NCBI GenBank assembly: GCA_009914755.4
Contig: CP086569.2
Location: 20,896,001 to 20,960,000 of the forward strand
Source of the DNA: the human T2T-CHM13v2.0 reference genome, Homo sapiens
Direction of reading: 5' to 3'
Length of the DNA stretch: 64,000 nucleotides
Below the pieces are notes generated by a model that ran no database searches, was not told where the DNA came from, and saw only the letters and a program-made list of their open reading frames with translations. The translations under genes were made by a program, and so were the position numbers. Numbering within the stretch: position 1 is the stretch's first letter; every line of letters begins with the position of its first letter. This document shows, piece after piece, positions 24,505 through 40,365 of this stretch.

Positions 24505-26080
24505 GTAAATTGGTACTGAGAGTGGGGTTCTGCTGAAAAGAAACCTGAAAATGTGGAAGTGACTTTGGAACTGGATAACAGACAGAGGTTGAAACAGTAT
24601 GGAGGGCTGAGAAGAAGACAGGAAAATGTGGAAAATTTTGTAACTTCCTAGAGATATATTGAATAGTTTTGACCAAAATGCTGATAATGATATGGACAGT
24701 GAAATCCCGACTGTGTTGGTCTCAGATGGAGATGAGGAACTTGTTGGAAACTGGAGTAAAGGTGATGCTTGTTATGCTTTAGCAAAAACGACTGGCAGCA
24801 TTTTGCCCCCTGCCCTAGAGATCAGTGGGACTTTGAACTTGGGAGAGATGATTCAGGGCATCTAGCAGAATAAATTTCTAAGCAGCAAAGCATTCAAAAA
24901 GTCACTTTGGTACTATCAAAGGCATTCAGTTTTAAAAGGAAAATACACATAAAAATTGAGAAAATTTGCATCCTGACTATGCAATAGAAAACAAAATTCC
25001 ATGTTTTGAGGAGAAATTCAAGCCAGCTGAATATATCTGCATAAGTAATAAGAAACTCAATGCTAATCACCAAGACAGTGGGGAAAACATCTCCAGGATG
25101 TGTCAGAGACCTTTGTCAAAGCTGCTTTCATCACAGGCCCAGAGACCTAGGAGGCAAAATAAAATTATTTAGTGGACTGGGACCAGGCTTTTTCTGCTCT
25201 GTGCAATCTATGGACTTGGTCCCCTGCATCCCAGAAGCTTTAGCCATAACTTAAAAGAGCCAAGGTACAGCTCAGGCTATGGCTTCTGAGGGTCCAAGCC
25301 CCAAGCATTGACAGCTTCCATGTGGTTTTGAGCCTATGGGTGCACAAAAGTCAAGAATTGAAGTTTGGGAACCTCCACCTACATTCCAGAGAATATATAA
25401 AACATCTGGATAACCAGGCAGTAGTTTGCTGCAGGGGTGGGGCACTCACGGAGAACCTCTGCTATGGGAGTGCAGAAGGGAATCATGGGGTGGGAGTGCA
25501 GAAAGAAAAATGGAGTCTCCACTGAGGTGCTGCCTAGTGGAGCTATGAGAAGTGAGCCACCATCTTCAAGACACTGGAATGGTAGATCCAATAACAGCCT
25601 GCACTGTGCACCTGGAAAAGCTGCAGACACTCAACAGTAGCCTGTGAAAGTAGGTGGGAGGGAGGCTGCACGCTGCAAAGCCACAGGATGGGAGATTTCT
25701 AAGACCATAGGAACCACCCTCTTCCATCAGCATGATCCAGTTTAAGACATGAAGTCAAAGGAGATCATTTTGAAGTGCTAAGATTTGACTGTCCACTGGA
25801 TTTTGGACTTGCTTGGGGCCTGTAGCCCTTTTGTTTTGACCAATTTCTCCCATTTAAAATGACTGTCATTATCTGATGCATATACCCCCATTGTACTAGG
25901 AAAGAACTAAATTGCTTTTGATTTTATAGGCTCATAAGTGGAAGGCACTTACTTTAGCTCAGATGAGACACTGGACTTCTGAGTTAATCCTGAAATGAAT
26001 TAAGTCTTGGAAACTGTTTGGAAGACGTGATTGGTTTTGAAATGTGAGGACATGATATTTGGGAGGGGCCAGGAGTGGAA

Positions 26081-26430
26081 TGATATGCTTTGGCTGTGTT
26101 CGCACCCAAATCTCATCTTGAATTCCACCGTGTTGTGGGAGGGACCAGGTGGGAGACAATTGAATCATGGGGGCAGGCCTTTCCCATGTTTTTCTCACAA
26201 TAGTGAATAAGTCTCATGAGATCTGATTCTTTTACAAGGGACTTTTTATGCACAAGCTCTCTGTTTGCCTGTTGCCATCCATGTAAGACATGACTTGCTC
26301 CTCTGTGACTTCTACTATGATTGTGAGGCCTCCCCAGACACTTGGTACTCTAAGTCCACCAAACCTCTTTTTTTTTAATTGCCCAGTCTAGGGTATGTCT
26401 TTATCAGAAGCATGAAAATGAACCAATACA
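26081..26430 (+). mobile_element. MaLR 3' LTR
   Basis: tgatatgctttggctgtgttcgcacccaaatctcatcttgaattccaccgtgttgtgggagggaccaggtgggag...gtctttatcagaagcatgaaaatgaaccaataca. Confidence 0.8.
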
Positions 26431-29400
26431 GATTCTGTGGTAGGCCAGTCAGTCCTGGAAATAATTCAGATGAGAGTAGGTCTGATCTGAGTTTGGTTAT
26501 GGAGTGAGCCTTATGCCTATAATTTCTATACCACTGGATATATTAAGTTCTGTGCTTCCTGATTCTGCTCCAGAGAAATATGACTCCAACAATTTTTGTC
26601 ATCTTAATGTATTTTAGGCATTTTCCTGTCTCTTTTACAATATACCATAACAAGCAATTTAACCAAATCCCTTGGTTCTTTCTATGGCAGTTACATTAGA
26701 AGCTAAATATTTATTCTTAACAAAGTAAAAGCAATAAAGTAGTAATGATAAAAACAACGCATTTTCTATCCATGTACAGCTCATCAGGTCATGACATTAA
26801 AACTCCCAGAGAAGCAATATAAGGGAAATGGTCAAAATTAAGTCCAACTTCTTTATTGGTACTGACCACATGATGCTGAATTCAACCATTTATCTATATT
26901 CTCTAGAATGAGCATTCCTGGATAGTAGAGACCATGACTGCTTCCTGTGTTTTCTAATCGCATATAAAGCAGAAGCAAGCAGCTCATAGATAAATTCAAA
27001 TCGCCAGACCTGATTTTTCACCAAAGAACCAGAAAATGGAGCAACTTCCAGCTGGATACAAGCCAGGACATTTCTGTGAAGGGAAGAACAAACCCTGGTT
27101 GAGTACTTTCTCCTCTGAAATGAAAGCAGAATAGACATCTTTTTTTTTTTTTTGAGCAGAACTCTAGTTTTGAAAGGATGAACCCAAATGTCTCAAGGAC
27201 TAACAGGTGCTGGTCAGAGTACCCAGTTACTGTAAGCTAATATCCCATGGTGTCCAGGCAGGAGACACTCAGGCTTACTTTGTGAGGTGCAAATAGAAAA
27301 TGGAAATGTTCTGGTGGACTTGCAGACCCTGAATCCAGATGTAATAACCTCTGGAACTCTGAGGAGTTAACCTCTGCTACTGAAGAACCAACTGTTGGGT
27401 ATGAGAAAAAACACAAATACTCTATTTCAGTAACGCAGTGGAAAGACAAGCATAGTTGAAATAAAGTTTCTAAATGTCTTGTGATCTAGGCCCGTCACTT
27501 TGAAGGTGATTCTTTAAACTTACATATTCTGCCATCAGATTCTGTTTATACCAGCTTGTCACAAAATTGTAGTGGATCACTGAATAAAATCTGGAAAACT
27601 CAAGAAGTTCTACTCTCTCAAAAAGTGGGGCTTCATATATCAATGTTGACCTCTCACAATTCTGAAAATGTCTCCTCTGAATTTCTGCATGTCCTAAACT
27701 GAGAGTGTGGCTGTGTCTTGTGAATCTCAGGAAAAGGCAAGTTTTATGTATAGATTCTTGATGAGATCAACCTGGCTCTGCATTTTTGTGAGTTGCAGCA
27801 AGTGGAGTAAAACCAGAGTAGAGATTCGCCTCATGGAGGCTCCTTTAATACATTCTAAGTAGTATTTTGACCTAAAAGTGGAGGATTAAACTTAATATAT
27901 TAAGTAGAGAGTTTATTTGGGCCAAAGCTTGAAGATGCAACTCTAGAGTACAGTTACAGTTTCCCTGAATATACACTCCAATTAGCAGCAATTATAACTG
28001 TATACTTAAATGCAAAAAAAAAAAAAAGTCTGATACCAAGTTCTTGTCAGATATCTTTATTACCAGATGCTAGGAAGAGTAACAGTGGGTTGATGGAAAG
28101 TAGGGATAGGGAAAGGGTACAAAAACTGTTAGAATTCAAACCTCAGAAAACAAAAGTCAGATGTTGTCTATAAATTTGTAGATACTCTTTATGATTTTAT
28201 CACCTACTGTGTATCATCAAATAGGGTTTTATTTAATTTTTTACCTTTCACACTTTCTATCATAAAAAGATAAATTGGTATATTCAGTTTTTTTTCTCCA
28301 GGTTGTCAAAGACTTGTTATTTTTTCTCTCATGTAAGGAACATAGGAGCCATAATTTCCAGCTGTACAAGAGAACATATGACATAAATTGTAAACAACTC
28401 TTCTCAGATTCATCAGTAACTTCAGATCAAATGGAATATTCTTAACCCCAATTCAGATTAAAAACAGATGAACACATAACTTCAAAACTTATCTGTGCAT
28501 TATAATTTCTCAGTTTACAAACCCATAAGCATGAACATCTGCATGAACCAGTACCAAGATAGAAAAATCCAAAGTGTAACTGGCAAATAAAGGTTGAGTG
28601 CAGACAAACGTGACACTATAAAATAACAGAGAAACCAGACTTAGGGAATCTTCATAAGCTTATGAGTTTTATATACTTAGGTATTCCAGATTAGCAGTGA
28701 AGATTATAGAAAAATCCCTTTATGCTTTTGGTAGGGGGAGTGGAAAATATTCCTGGGTAAAGTTAGCCATTTTAAACTATTCTCAGGGCGTTCTTAGCAT
28801 CCGTGGTGGTCTACACTCACTTTGTTTTTTTCCTGTCTCCAGAGGTGGTCACTCTCCCTAATTTTGTAGATATTCTTTATAACATTATCGTTTTGTATCA
28901 AAAATAGTGTCTTCTTAATTTGTCTTCTTTTCACTTTCTATGAAAGTAAATTAATCGATTCGTATCTCTGGTTTTGGCCCCCAGGTTGTTTCATGCCTGC
29001 TGGCGTCTAAGGCTTGAGTTATCCACTTTTCTCATTTATTCCACTTACTGTAGGATTTAAATTGTTTCAATTTTATATTTGGTTATGTAAAATGGTTTGC
29101 TTGTAATACTTGTTTAGGTTTCCAAATGCTTATGCATAAATAGTAAAATATACATTAGAGAAAACTAGTTGGGTTGTAGATTTTGGGAAATCTCAAGGTT
29201 ACCAGAAATTTCCAATAAAGTGTATGAAGTTACCCTTCCATCATTTTGCACATACATTTATTTATTAAATTGGAATTATGTAATGTATTAATTTTTGCCT
29301 ATCAGTATGTGTAAAATGAGATCACATTAGATTTTAAGTTTATTTTTTACTAATTAATGCTGAGACTGATCATTTTTAAATATAGTCTCACACTTCTAGA

Positions 29401-30345
29401 TAATGGTTTCAGTCATGTTGTCATTGTTCACTATCTTGTTTCTTTCTCATGATTTTTAAATATAGTCTGGGCATTTATTTTCATGTTTGGTTTTAACTGA
29501 TGTTTTCAACTCATTAAATTAAACACTATGAAGTGCTAATGCTAAATCATTTGTCAGATAAGGTTTTGTTCATAATACATTGCCAACTGTCTTTGAACAT
29601 GGGCATATCAACTTGAATTCACAACAGAAATAAAGTACTGTTTTGTCTTTTACTCTGGATTTTTGGAATTGTTTGTGTTGTGTTTTGGAATTTAGACATT
29701 CTAATAGTTGTTTAGTAATACTAATTCACCAAACATTATAAAAATAATAAATGTCTTAAAAAGCCAAATTTTTTCAAGAACAAGATGAGATCATGATGAA
29801 TATAACTCAAAGTTTTTAAAGTACAATAATTCTGACTGTATGGTATTAGCAAAGGAAATTCATAAATAAACCAATGGAAATCAGAAGTGTCTTTGAACAG
29901 ACAGATGTATTTGGTAATTTGACTTAATAGGCATGGCAAAATAAAGGCAGAAATGAGTTTCACATTAATACATAGGTAGAAAAAACTTTGGTCTAAGCGA
30001 AAAATATGCACTCTCTTCCCATCTATGCTGAGGGAAAAATAGTTTATTATAGATATAAATGTGACAGGCAAAGCTAGAACGTATTTATAGGTCCTAGAGA
30101 AATAAATTTACTGCATGATATTACATAGTGTACTTTATTGGTATCCTCATGGAGTACCTTAACAGCTTTTCCCGTCATTATTACCAGCATCATATTAACT
30201 CCACAAAACTTGTTTTGGAAACTCAGAAATTGTGTTATTTTGCTGACATTCTCTTGCAAGGAAATTGAAAAGATAACCTTCACATGGGGTACAAATACTT
30301 GTCACAGAAACTTTTATTTAGAATAACCTGTTTTGCCTCCACTAG

Positions 30346-31803
<1,458 letters not shown>

Positions 31804-31947
31804 ATTCAAGTATGCTCAATAAAAAAAGTATGATAGGTAAAAATTTTAATAGTCTCTTCACTCATCTCAGTGGATATACAGCTTATCACCTGTAATTCAT
31901 GCCCTTCACTCTATAAATGACTGTCACATACTGTAAAAAGTGTATCT

Positions 31948-32335
31948 TCAGGACTATTGACATAATTTGCTTTGTCCCCAAATCTTATCTTGAATTGTAA
32001 TTCTCTGTTTCAAGGGAGAGGCCTGGTAGCAGGTGATTGGATCATGGGAGTGGTTTTCCCTCATTCTCTTCTTGTGATAATCTGATTGTGAGAGCTCTCA
32101 TCATGAGTTCTCCTGAGATATGATGGTTTTACAGGTGATTGGTTTTCCTTCTTTGCTTACACTCTATCCTGCTGCCTTTTAAAAAAGGAGATGTTTGCTT
32201 CCTCCTTTGCCATAATTTTGCGTTTCCTGAGGCCTCCCCAGCCATGTGGAATTGGGAGTCAATTAAACCTCCTTTATTGATTAACTAACCAGTCTCAGGT
32301 AGTATCTTTATAGCAGTGTGAGAATGAACTAATAC
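31948..32335 (+). mobile_element. Solo MaLR LTR (MST/MLT1-like, older)
   Basis: tgacataatttgctttgtccccaaatcttatcttgaattgtaattct...ctgaggcctccccagccatgtggaattgggagtcaattaaacctcctttattgat...cagtgtgagaatgaactaataca. Confidence 0.55.
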
Positions 32336-34016
32336 AACCATCATGTGGTTTTCCTCTCCAAGTAGACTCTGGAGGACGTTGGTGCTAAGCCTGAACTGGG
32401 GAGGACTATGGTTCTTTTAGACTGAAGTCAAGAAATTAAGTACAAGGTACTCTGTTGATTACAAGAATCAGATGTGTATACTCTATGCAATACCTCTTAC
32501 TATATAGAATAATTGCATTGCAAATACCAAATTTTTATACATACTGAAAAGTTATTGTTTTTTCTGATATTGTTTTTGAATATTAGATATCAAATCAAAT
32601 ATTGTTAAGTATTGAAAATAACTTAAAAATTAAACTTTACTTTGGTGCCTGAATTTATATTTGATAAATCTCATAATCCCAATTAACATAAACAAACCCT
32701 GGGATCTAGGAATCCCAGGATTAGTATACCACCTACTAAACATGGTATAGACATAGGAGAGTTGGAATAGAAAAAAAAATGAGTAATGCATTTTGGTCTG
32801 AGTGTAAAGGTAAATTGTGTCCTAAGTGACAGCATCAAAATATAAATCTGACGGAACATCTCAGATTAGTATAAACAGTTACTGCTTGTCCTTCGTCTGA
32901 AAGTGAAGTTCCTTAGAACTCTTAGAAATAGACAATACATATTAAGTTCATCTTCCTTATTGGCACTTCCATCTTAGAATATCCTTAATATTGTAAACCA
33001 CAAAACATATATATAATCATAGAAATATTGAGGGAAACAACACCATTAAAAGGACCAAGAAACAGTCATTAATCACAAGGTTGATGGGTTTAGATTTGGT
33101 TTTATAAAAGAACTATAATGAAAAAAATTATTTACAAATAACTATGTGTGTGTGTGCACGCGTGCTTGGCCTAAGTATAATGTAAAAACATCCCAGAAAA
33201 AGTAGAAATAACGAATTTAGAGAATTTCCTTTATGGTAGAAGAATGCTATATAGTTCACCTTTGCAAAACATTACCTTATGACATCATTATTTAAATAAT
33301 ATTAAAGTATTAAAAGCAAACTAATATTTTGCCCAAATTAAAAACAAACATAGAGAAGTGTGATTAAATTCTGGGGAATTTGTTCACATTCACTGAGCCT
33401 TAAAAGAATTGTTTATAAATTGATAAAATTAGTTAATAATTTAAATGTAATATCCAAAAATAACAAATTTCATCTTAAAATCCATACATTTATATGCTTA
33501 TATTAATCTAATTTATACGTTATCCAGAAACAGCTCCTGATTAGTTATCATTTAGTGAGATAAAGAAGGAAAATATAACAGACTTACAGAAATTATTCAG
33601 GAAAACCTGCCTTCTCCAACCACCTCAGTCTTGAGCATTTGCTGTTACTGAAACTGAGAAAAAGACACACAGCTGAGTCTTGGGGTTATTCTGTGTATGT
33701 AAATTATGGTCCCAAGGACATGGTATAAGGAAGGAATGCCACTGGTTTATCTCCCTCCAGGTCGATAACTATCAAGCTGTCTGTAGAAGCAGAAGAGCTC
33801 TAACTCTGTGACTGTTAGGAAGAGCGGACACCAAAGGGAAAATTGAACTTATCTAATTAATGGCAAACAGGAGAGTAGCAACAGCTGGATTCCAAACTTT
33901 ATATGAGTTCATTTTCTTAGGTATGTATACCAGGTTTCTTGTCTGGTCACAGCTCTTGGCAACAAAACATATGTTAAACAATAACTCTGACTCAATCTAA
34001 AAAAAAAAAAATCATC

Positions 34017-34340
<324 letters not shown>

Positions 34341-34877
34341 TCATGTTGGATTATCCAGTATATCCTCCTTATCTCAGCAGATTTCTGGTGGCCTTCACAC
34401 AGGTTCTCTAGTGGTCCCTGGATTTCAGGGTCATAAGTAGTTTTTATACCAGTATCTTAAAAATAAATACAATGACCCGTGCTCCAGACCTACATATGTG
34501 AAGAGCTTTTTTTTTTTTTTTTTTTTTTTTTCCCTAGAAGGTGAAACCCACCCTGAGTCAGGGCACCTAGGAAAGGAAGCAGAATGCAGACGTCTTTTTT
34601 TTTTTTTTGCTGTATCTCAGCCTATTGAGGGAGGTGTATTTTGGGAGACAGGAAAAAAACTTCCACTCAGGCAACATGGAGAGTTGTAATTTGCAGTGTC
34701 TTTACCATGTTACCTTATTTCAACTTGAACATCTAAGGTCTCATAGAGGATCTTCTGTGACCCTATGCTTCAGCCTCTTCTGTTACTTATACTCACAGGA
34801 AAGTTTCACTTTAAACACTCGAATTTACACTGTGTGAAATAATATGATTTGAGCACCAGAGGCAACTGTTTTATATG

Positions 34878-35010
34878 CTTCTGCAATGAACATCAACCAC
34901 ACATTTGTTTGGAGTATTCTTCATTTCAACCCTAACATTAACCACACATTTGTTTGGACTATACTTAATTTCAACCCTAACCTTAATGATAACTGACACA
35001 TTTGTGAGAC
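34878..35010. repeat. Tandem repeat of about 48 bp, ~2.5 copies
   Basis: (c)atcaaccacacatttgtttggagtattcttcatttcaaccctaacat / taaccacacatttgtttggactatacttaatttcaaccctaacct / taatgataactgacacatttgtgagac. Confidence 0.55.
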
Positions 35011-37331
35011 TTTTTAAAATAAAATATTGTCTGCTTTTAAAGGGATCAGTTTCCGTCACTGAACATATGGATCTTTTTCCAGGACATAATGTTTAATTAT
35101 ATTTGACTTTAGACTGGTGTCCCTCTCATGTGCCATTTTTGATGCTCTAACAAATTCTTCATTTGGATAAAGTCAGAATCACTCTCCCCACTTCTACAGT
35201 TTCTAATTATAATTCTTTCTGCCATCTTCAACCTAGTCCACTATCTGTCATCACTATGACACTGCTGCCCAACATAGTCATCATTCTTAGGTCTTGAATT
35301 CTTTTTCTGCATAGAAGATTTTTAACTCCTCCCTTATGTGTGTATATGCATGTATTTCAGTTCTCAAAAAAAAAAAAAAAACTGTCCACCAAGAATTCTA
35401 TACTCATTGCATGTAAACTTCATATTCAATTGACAGAAAACTGAGATGCTTCATTAATAGCACGCAGACTTTATGGAAAATACTGGAAAACAGTTGTTCA
35501 TATAAAGAGCAAATACTCCCAGAAAATAATTTATATGAATAAGAAAGACAAAGAGTACTGTTAAAGCAACTTGTAAGACAATTTTGTGACTATTTCCTGT
35601 TTTAACTGATTTTACAAACAAATATATGATGCTGTTTATAATAGTATCCTTGGTGCTAAGTCATATAGAAATTCAATGTAATTGCAAATAACAACCTAGG
35701 GGAGGTAGATAAAAGAAAAGGCATATTTGGCTAAAAAATATGTTCAGATAATAACTTGAATCCATAAACAATGAGAAAAAAATTGGAAAACAGGAAAACT
35801 TAACATTTCAAAATTGTAAATATGTAAATGTTCTTCTTTCTTCTTTATGCTTATTTAAAACAAACATATATAACCAAGTAACTGTTAAGAACAGGTTTTT
35901 CAATTTGTAGCATGTCTAAATGCAATAAGTATAACATTACTGCCACAAAAATGAGGAAAAGGGAAATAAAGATGTACAAGAGTGACATTTCTATAAGAAG
36001 AATATAGAAATAAGATGCAATATTTTAGTACCTGTATACATTGTGTAATAATCACATTAATATAATTAGCGTGTACCATTATCACATATCAATCACAAAC
36101 AAAACAATACTTTAAAATAATACTGAAAATCCATTGTATAAATTAAAAGTCATAAGAAAAACTTTCACTTAATGGAAATAAAAAACAGTAAAGGTGAAAT
36201 AAAGAATAAAAAAAGAACTAGAAAACAAAAAGTAAGTGTGCCCATGTGTTACAATCTCTCCAGTACACCACAACATAACAGTCTCTTATTGTGAAATATC
36301 GCCCATAGTTTTTTTGGTCAAAGGTGTTTCTATGTTAGTTCTAATTTACGTATCAGAGTAGTTCCAGGCATGCTTTTAGACACAAAGGACAAAGTCGTTT
36401 TTCTGTTGAGCCTCATTCTGTTTCGTGAGTAGCCAGAGGTTTGTGCTAGCGTCCTTATCTGTGCCTGCAGGCTGATTTTTCAGGCTGTTTCTCTGTTTAA
36501 AGAAGTTTAATCAAGACTCATCCTAACTACCTAATGTTTCTCTCTCACATGCACAATGGGTAAATATATGTAACTTCTATCTCATGTTCACCTTGAGGCA
36601 GGGTTTTAGCAATAAAGATAAGACAGAATTTTGCTTTTATATCAAAGGTGAATTATAGAATACAGAGATAGTTTGTGTATAATCTGTACAAGCTAATTGA
36701 AACTGGCAAGGGCCACAGTCTCTAATTGGAAGAGTGTTTGTAAGGTCACCCACTTTCCAGTCAGCATTTCAGTAATTTGGGTTTTAAATTTGAGTAAGGA
36801 TGGGGGTCTGAAAATTTGACTAATGGCTCCTATTGTTAGAGAATATAATGAGAGTGTGTTTTGTCTTGTAGCTCTAAGAATTTAGAAATTTGCCATGCCA
36901 TCCAGGCCATGAACTTTAAACTCACAGATAACTTTTGGTAACCTTAGTGCCCTTCTGAATTAATAAGAACACAAGTTAGATCACATCTAAGGAGAACTCA
37001 CAGCAATAAATTTCTTTCTTAAAAATGAAGAAAAATCTCAAATCAATGGCTTAATATTTGTCAAAAACATTTAAGTGATAGTGAACTGCCAAGCAAACCT
37101 GGTGCAAAGGTTATGATTTGGAAAAAGTCATGCTGGAAAACTCTAGGAGGAAATACTGGAGAATAAGACCCTTGGAGGGAATTTCAGAGGCCCAAGGCAG
37201 AGGAGGACCAGGTTTGGTAAGGAAAGACCAAGGAAGATCTTCGGCTCTCACTAGTCTTTGACCTTCAAATTCTGCACAGAAAGTAAAGGCAAAGGCCAAG
37301 TACTTTCTGGCTGACTGGCAAAGGCCTGCCC

Positions 37332-37334
<3 letters not shown>

Positions 37335-37378
<44 letters not shown>
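37335..37378. repeat. (AC)22 dinucleotide microsatellite
   Basis: An uninterrupted acacac... run of 44 bp sits immediately 5' of the old L1 fragment. Confidence 0.95.
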
Positions 37379-37380
<2 letters not shown>

Positions 37381-40068
37381 CTTCAGGCCAATATCTCTGA
37401 TGAACATAGATACAAATTAAATCTAGCAGCCTATCCAAAAGCTAATTGTTTATAGACAAGTAGGATTTATCCTTGGGATGCAAGGTTGATTCAATGTATG
37501 CATATTAATAAATCTGATTCATCACATAAACAAAACTAAAAATAAAGATGTGATTATCTCAATAGATGCATAGAAGGTTTTAGGTAAAATTTCACATACT
37601 GTTGGGTATGGTGGCTCATGTCTATAATCTCAATACTTTAAGAGGCCTAGGCAGGTGGATTACCTGAGGTCAAGAGTTCGAGATCAGCCTGACCAACATG
37701 GTGAAACCCTGTCTGTACTATAGATAAAAAAACTAACTGAGTGTGGTGGTGCATGCCTGTAATCCCAGCTACTTGGGGAACTGAGGCAGGAGAATTGCTT
37801 GAATCTGGGAGGTGAAAGTTGCGGAGCTGAGATCGTACCATTGCACTTCAGCCTGGGCAACAAGAGGAAAATTCCATCTCAAACAAAAAAAAAAAAAAAA
37901 AGGAATTTATATCCCTTTAGGTTGAAAACCCTCAACAAAGTATTATAAGAACATAACTTGTTTTATTAAGAGCAACTTTTGACAAATTCATAGTCAACAT
38001 CATAGTGATGGAAAAAAAAGCTAGAAACATTCCCTCTGAAATCTAGAACAAGACCTGGATGCTCATTCTCACCACTTCTATTGAACCCAGTCCTGGAAAT
38101 CATGGTAATCAGCCAAGAGAAAGAAATGGAAAACAGTCAAATAGAAAGAGAAGAAGTCATACTGATTTTCTTTACAGATTATGTAATTCTACACTGAGAA
38201 AATTCAATAGTCTCTGCCCAGAGGCTTCTAGAACTGACAAACAACTTCTGTAAAATTTCAGCATAAAAAAATGAACATAGATGCAAATTGAATCTAGCAG
38301 CCTATCCAAAAGAAATTCTACTGATATACAAAAATCAGTAGCAATTTCACAAAACAACTATTTCCAACTGAAAGCCGTAACAAGGAGGCAATTCTACTCA
38401 CAATAGCCACATAAAGAATAAAATACCTAGAAACACAGATAACTAAGGAGATAAAAGATCTCTACAGTGAGAATTACAAAACACCTCAAAAGAAATTACA
38501 GATTACAAACAAATGAAAATGCTTTCCATTTTACTTTCCTATCCTATCCTTAATAGATAGGAAGCATCAATATTGATAAAATGGCCATACTGTTCAAAGC
38601 AATTTACAAATTCAATGCAATTCCTATCAAACTACCAGTCTCATTTTTTGCATAATTAAAAACAAATTCTAAAATGTATATAAAACCAAAAAAGAAGACC
38701 AAGCAGTCAAAGCAATTCTAAGGAAAAACAAACAGACAAACAGCTGGTACCGGTACAAAAATAAAGACCTAGACAAATGGAATAAGTTACAGTGACCAGA
38801 AATAAAGCTGCAAAACTATTTTGTCCAAGCCAAAAGTAACAAGCAATGAATAAACATCCTCCTATTCAATAAAGTGTTTGTGAATAACTGGCTAGCCATA
38901 TGCAGAATATTGAAACTGAACTTCTTCATTTTAGTATGTACAAAAATAAAGTCAAGATAAATTAAAGAATTAAATGTAAGCCCTAAAACTAGAATAATCC
39001 TGGGAGAAAATCTAGGAAATACCATTCTGGATTCCTAGGCAAATATTTCATGACAAAGTCTCCAAAAGTAGTTGCAGGAAAAACAAAAATGGACTTGAAG
39101 GACCTAATTATGTAAAAGAGATTCTTCAGAGCAAAAGAAGTTATCAACAAAATAAGCAGACAAACCTAGAGAATTGGGTAAAATATGCAAACTATCCATC
39201 CCACAAAGGACTGATACATAGAGTCTATAAGAAAATAAGAAAAATGTGGGCAAAGGATATAAGGAGACACTTCTCAAAAAATATATATATATATGCAGCC
39301 AACAAACATGAAAAAAAATTAAAAAGCTCAACATCCCTAATCATCAGAGAGAAGTAAATGAGACCCATAATGAGATACCATTTCCTGCTAGTTAGAATAA
39401 ATATTATTCAAAATTCAAAAAATAACAGATGGTGGGGTTGTGGAGAAAAGAAAATGCTTATACACTGTTGGTGGAAATGCAAATTTTTAGTAGTTCAGCC
39501 ACTGTGGAAAACTATTTGACATTTTCTCACAGAACTTAAACCAGAAGTACCATTTGACCTCCCCAAAAAACTCATTACTCAAAGTAATATAAATAGTTAT
39601 ACCCAAAAGTCACATGAACTAATGTGTTCGTTGCAGTACATTTGCAATAGCAAAGACATGGAATTACCGAAAATGCCCATCAAAGGTGGGCATTATACAC
39701 AATGGACTACTGTGCAGCTATAAAATATATATCTCTATGTGTCCAACTTAGATGCAGCTGGAGGCTGTTATCCTGAGCACATTAAATGAGAAACCAAAAA
39801 CCAAATACCATATATCTCATTTATAACTAAGAGCTAAACATTGAATACACATAGACACAAAAAGGTGAATACATCCTGGAACATACTTGAGAATGGAAGG
39901 TAGGAGGAGGGTAAGCGTTTAAAAAACTACTTATCAGGTACTGTCCTACTACCTGGTTGATGAAATTATTTGTAAATTAAACGTCACTGGCACAAAATTT
40001 ATTCTGGTAACAAATCTGCACATCTACTCTTTGAACCTAAAATAAAAGTTAAAAAAAAATTAAATAAA
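37381..40068 (+). mobile_element. Older L1 (L1PB/L1MA-like), ORF2 RT domain through the 3' end. 5'-truncated, with the Alu at 37601-37901 nested inside it.
   Basis: Conceptual translation gives [14 protein letters not shown]...[11 protein letters not shown]...KDKDVIISIDA then, after the Alu, ...[28 protein letters not shown] and downstream ORF2 C-terminal motifs (WLAICRILKLNFF..., IIREK.MRPIMRYHFLLVRI...). It ends in an A-rich tail at ~40040-40068. Confidence 0.75.
37601..37901 (+). mobile_element. Alu SINE (AluS-like, CpG-decayed) nested in the old L1
   Basis: gttgggtatggtggctcatgtctataatctcaatactttaagaggcctaggcaggtggattacctgaggtcaagagttcgagatcagcctgaccaacatggtgaaaccctgtct... followed by A(17). 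Confidence 0.9.
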
Positions 40069-40070
40069 TA

Positions 40071-40365
40071 GGCTGAGTGTGGTGTCTCACATTTGTAATC
40101 CCAGCACTTTGAGAAGCCAAGGTGGGTGGATCACGAAGTCAGGAGATTGAGATCATCCCAGCCAGCATGGTGAAACCCATCTCTAGTAAAACATAGAAAA
40201 TTAGCTGGGCATGTTAGTGAATTCCTGAAATCTGAGCTACTCAGGAGGCTGAGGCATGGGAATCACTTGAACCTGGAAGGCAGAGATTGCATTGAGCCAA
40301 AATAGTGCCACTGTACTCCAGCCTGGTGACACAGCAAGACTTCATCTTAAAAAAAAATAAAATTA
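40071..40365 (+). mobile_element. Alu SINE inserted at the poly-A end of the old L1, followed by an (AAAT)n-rich tail to ~40403
   Basis: ggctgagtgtggtgtctcacatttgtaatccc agcactttgagaagccaaggtgggtggatcacgaagtcaggagattgagatcatcccagccagcatggtgaaacccatctc... Confidence 0.85.

Larger units (their letters stand above)
24152..26430 (+). mobile_element. Complete MaLR retrotransposon of THE1/MST class (LTR, ~1.58-kb internal region, LTR) with a perfect 5-bp target-site duplication
   Basis: The LTRs start TGAYATGSTTTG...CATCTTGAATTC and contain AATTGAATCATGGGGGC...CATGATTGTGAGGCCTCCCCA, ending ...ACTAATACA or ...CCAATACA. The internal region starts gtaaattggtactgagagtggggttctgctg. GATTC lies at 24147-24151 and 26431-26435. 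Confidence 0.85.
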
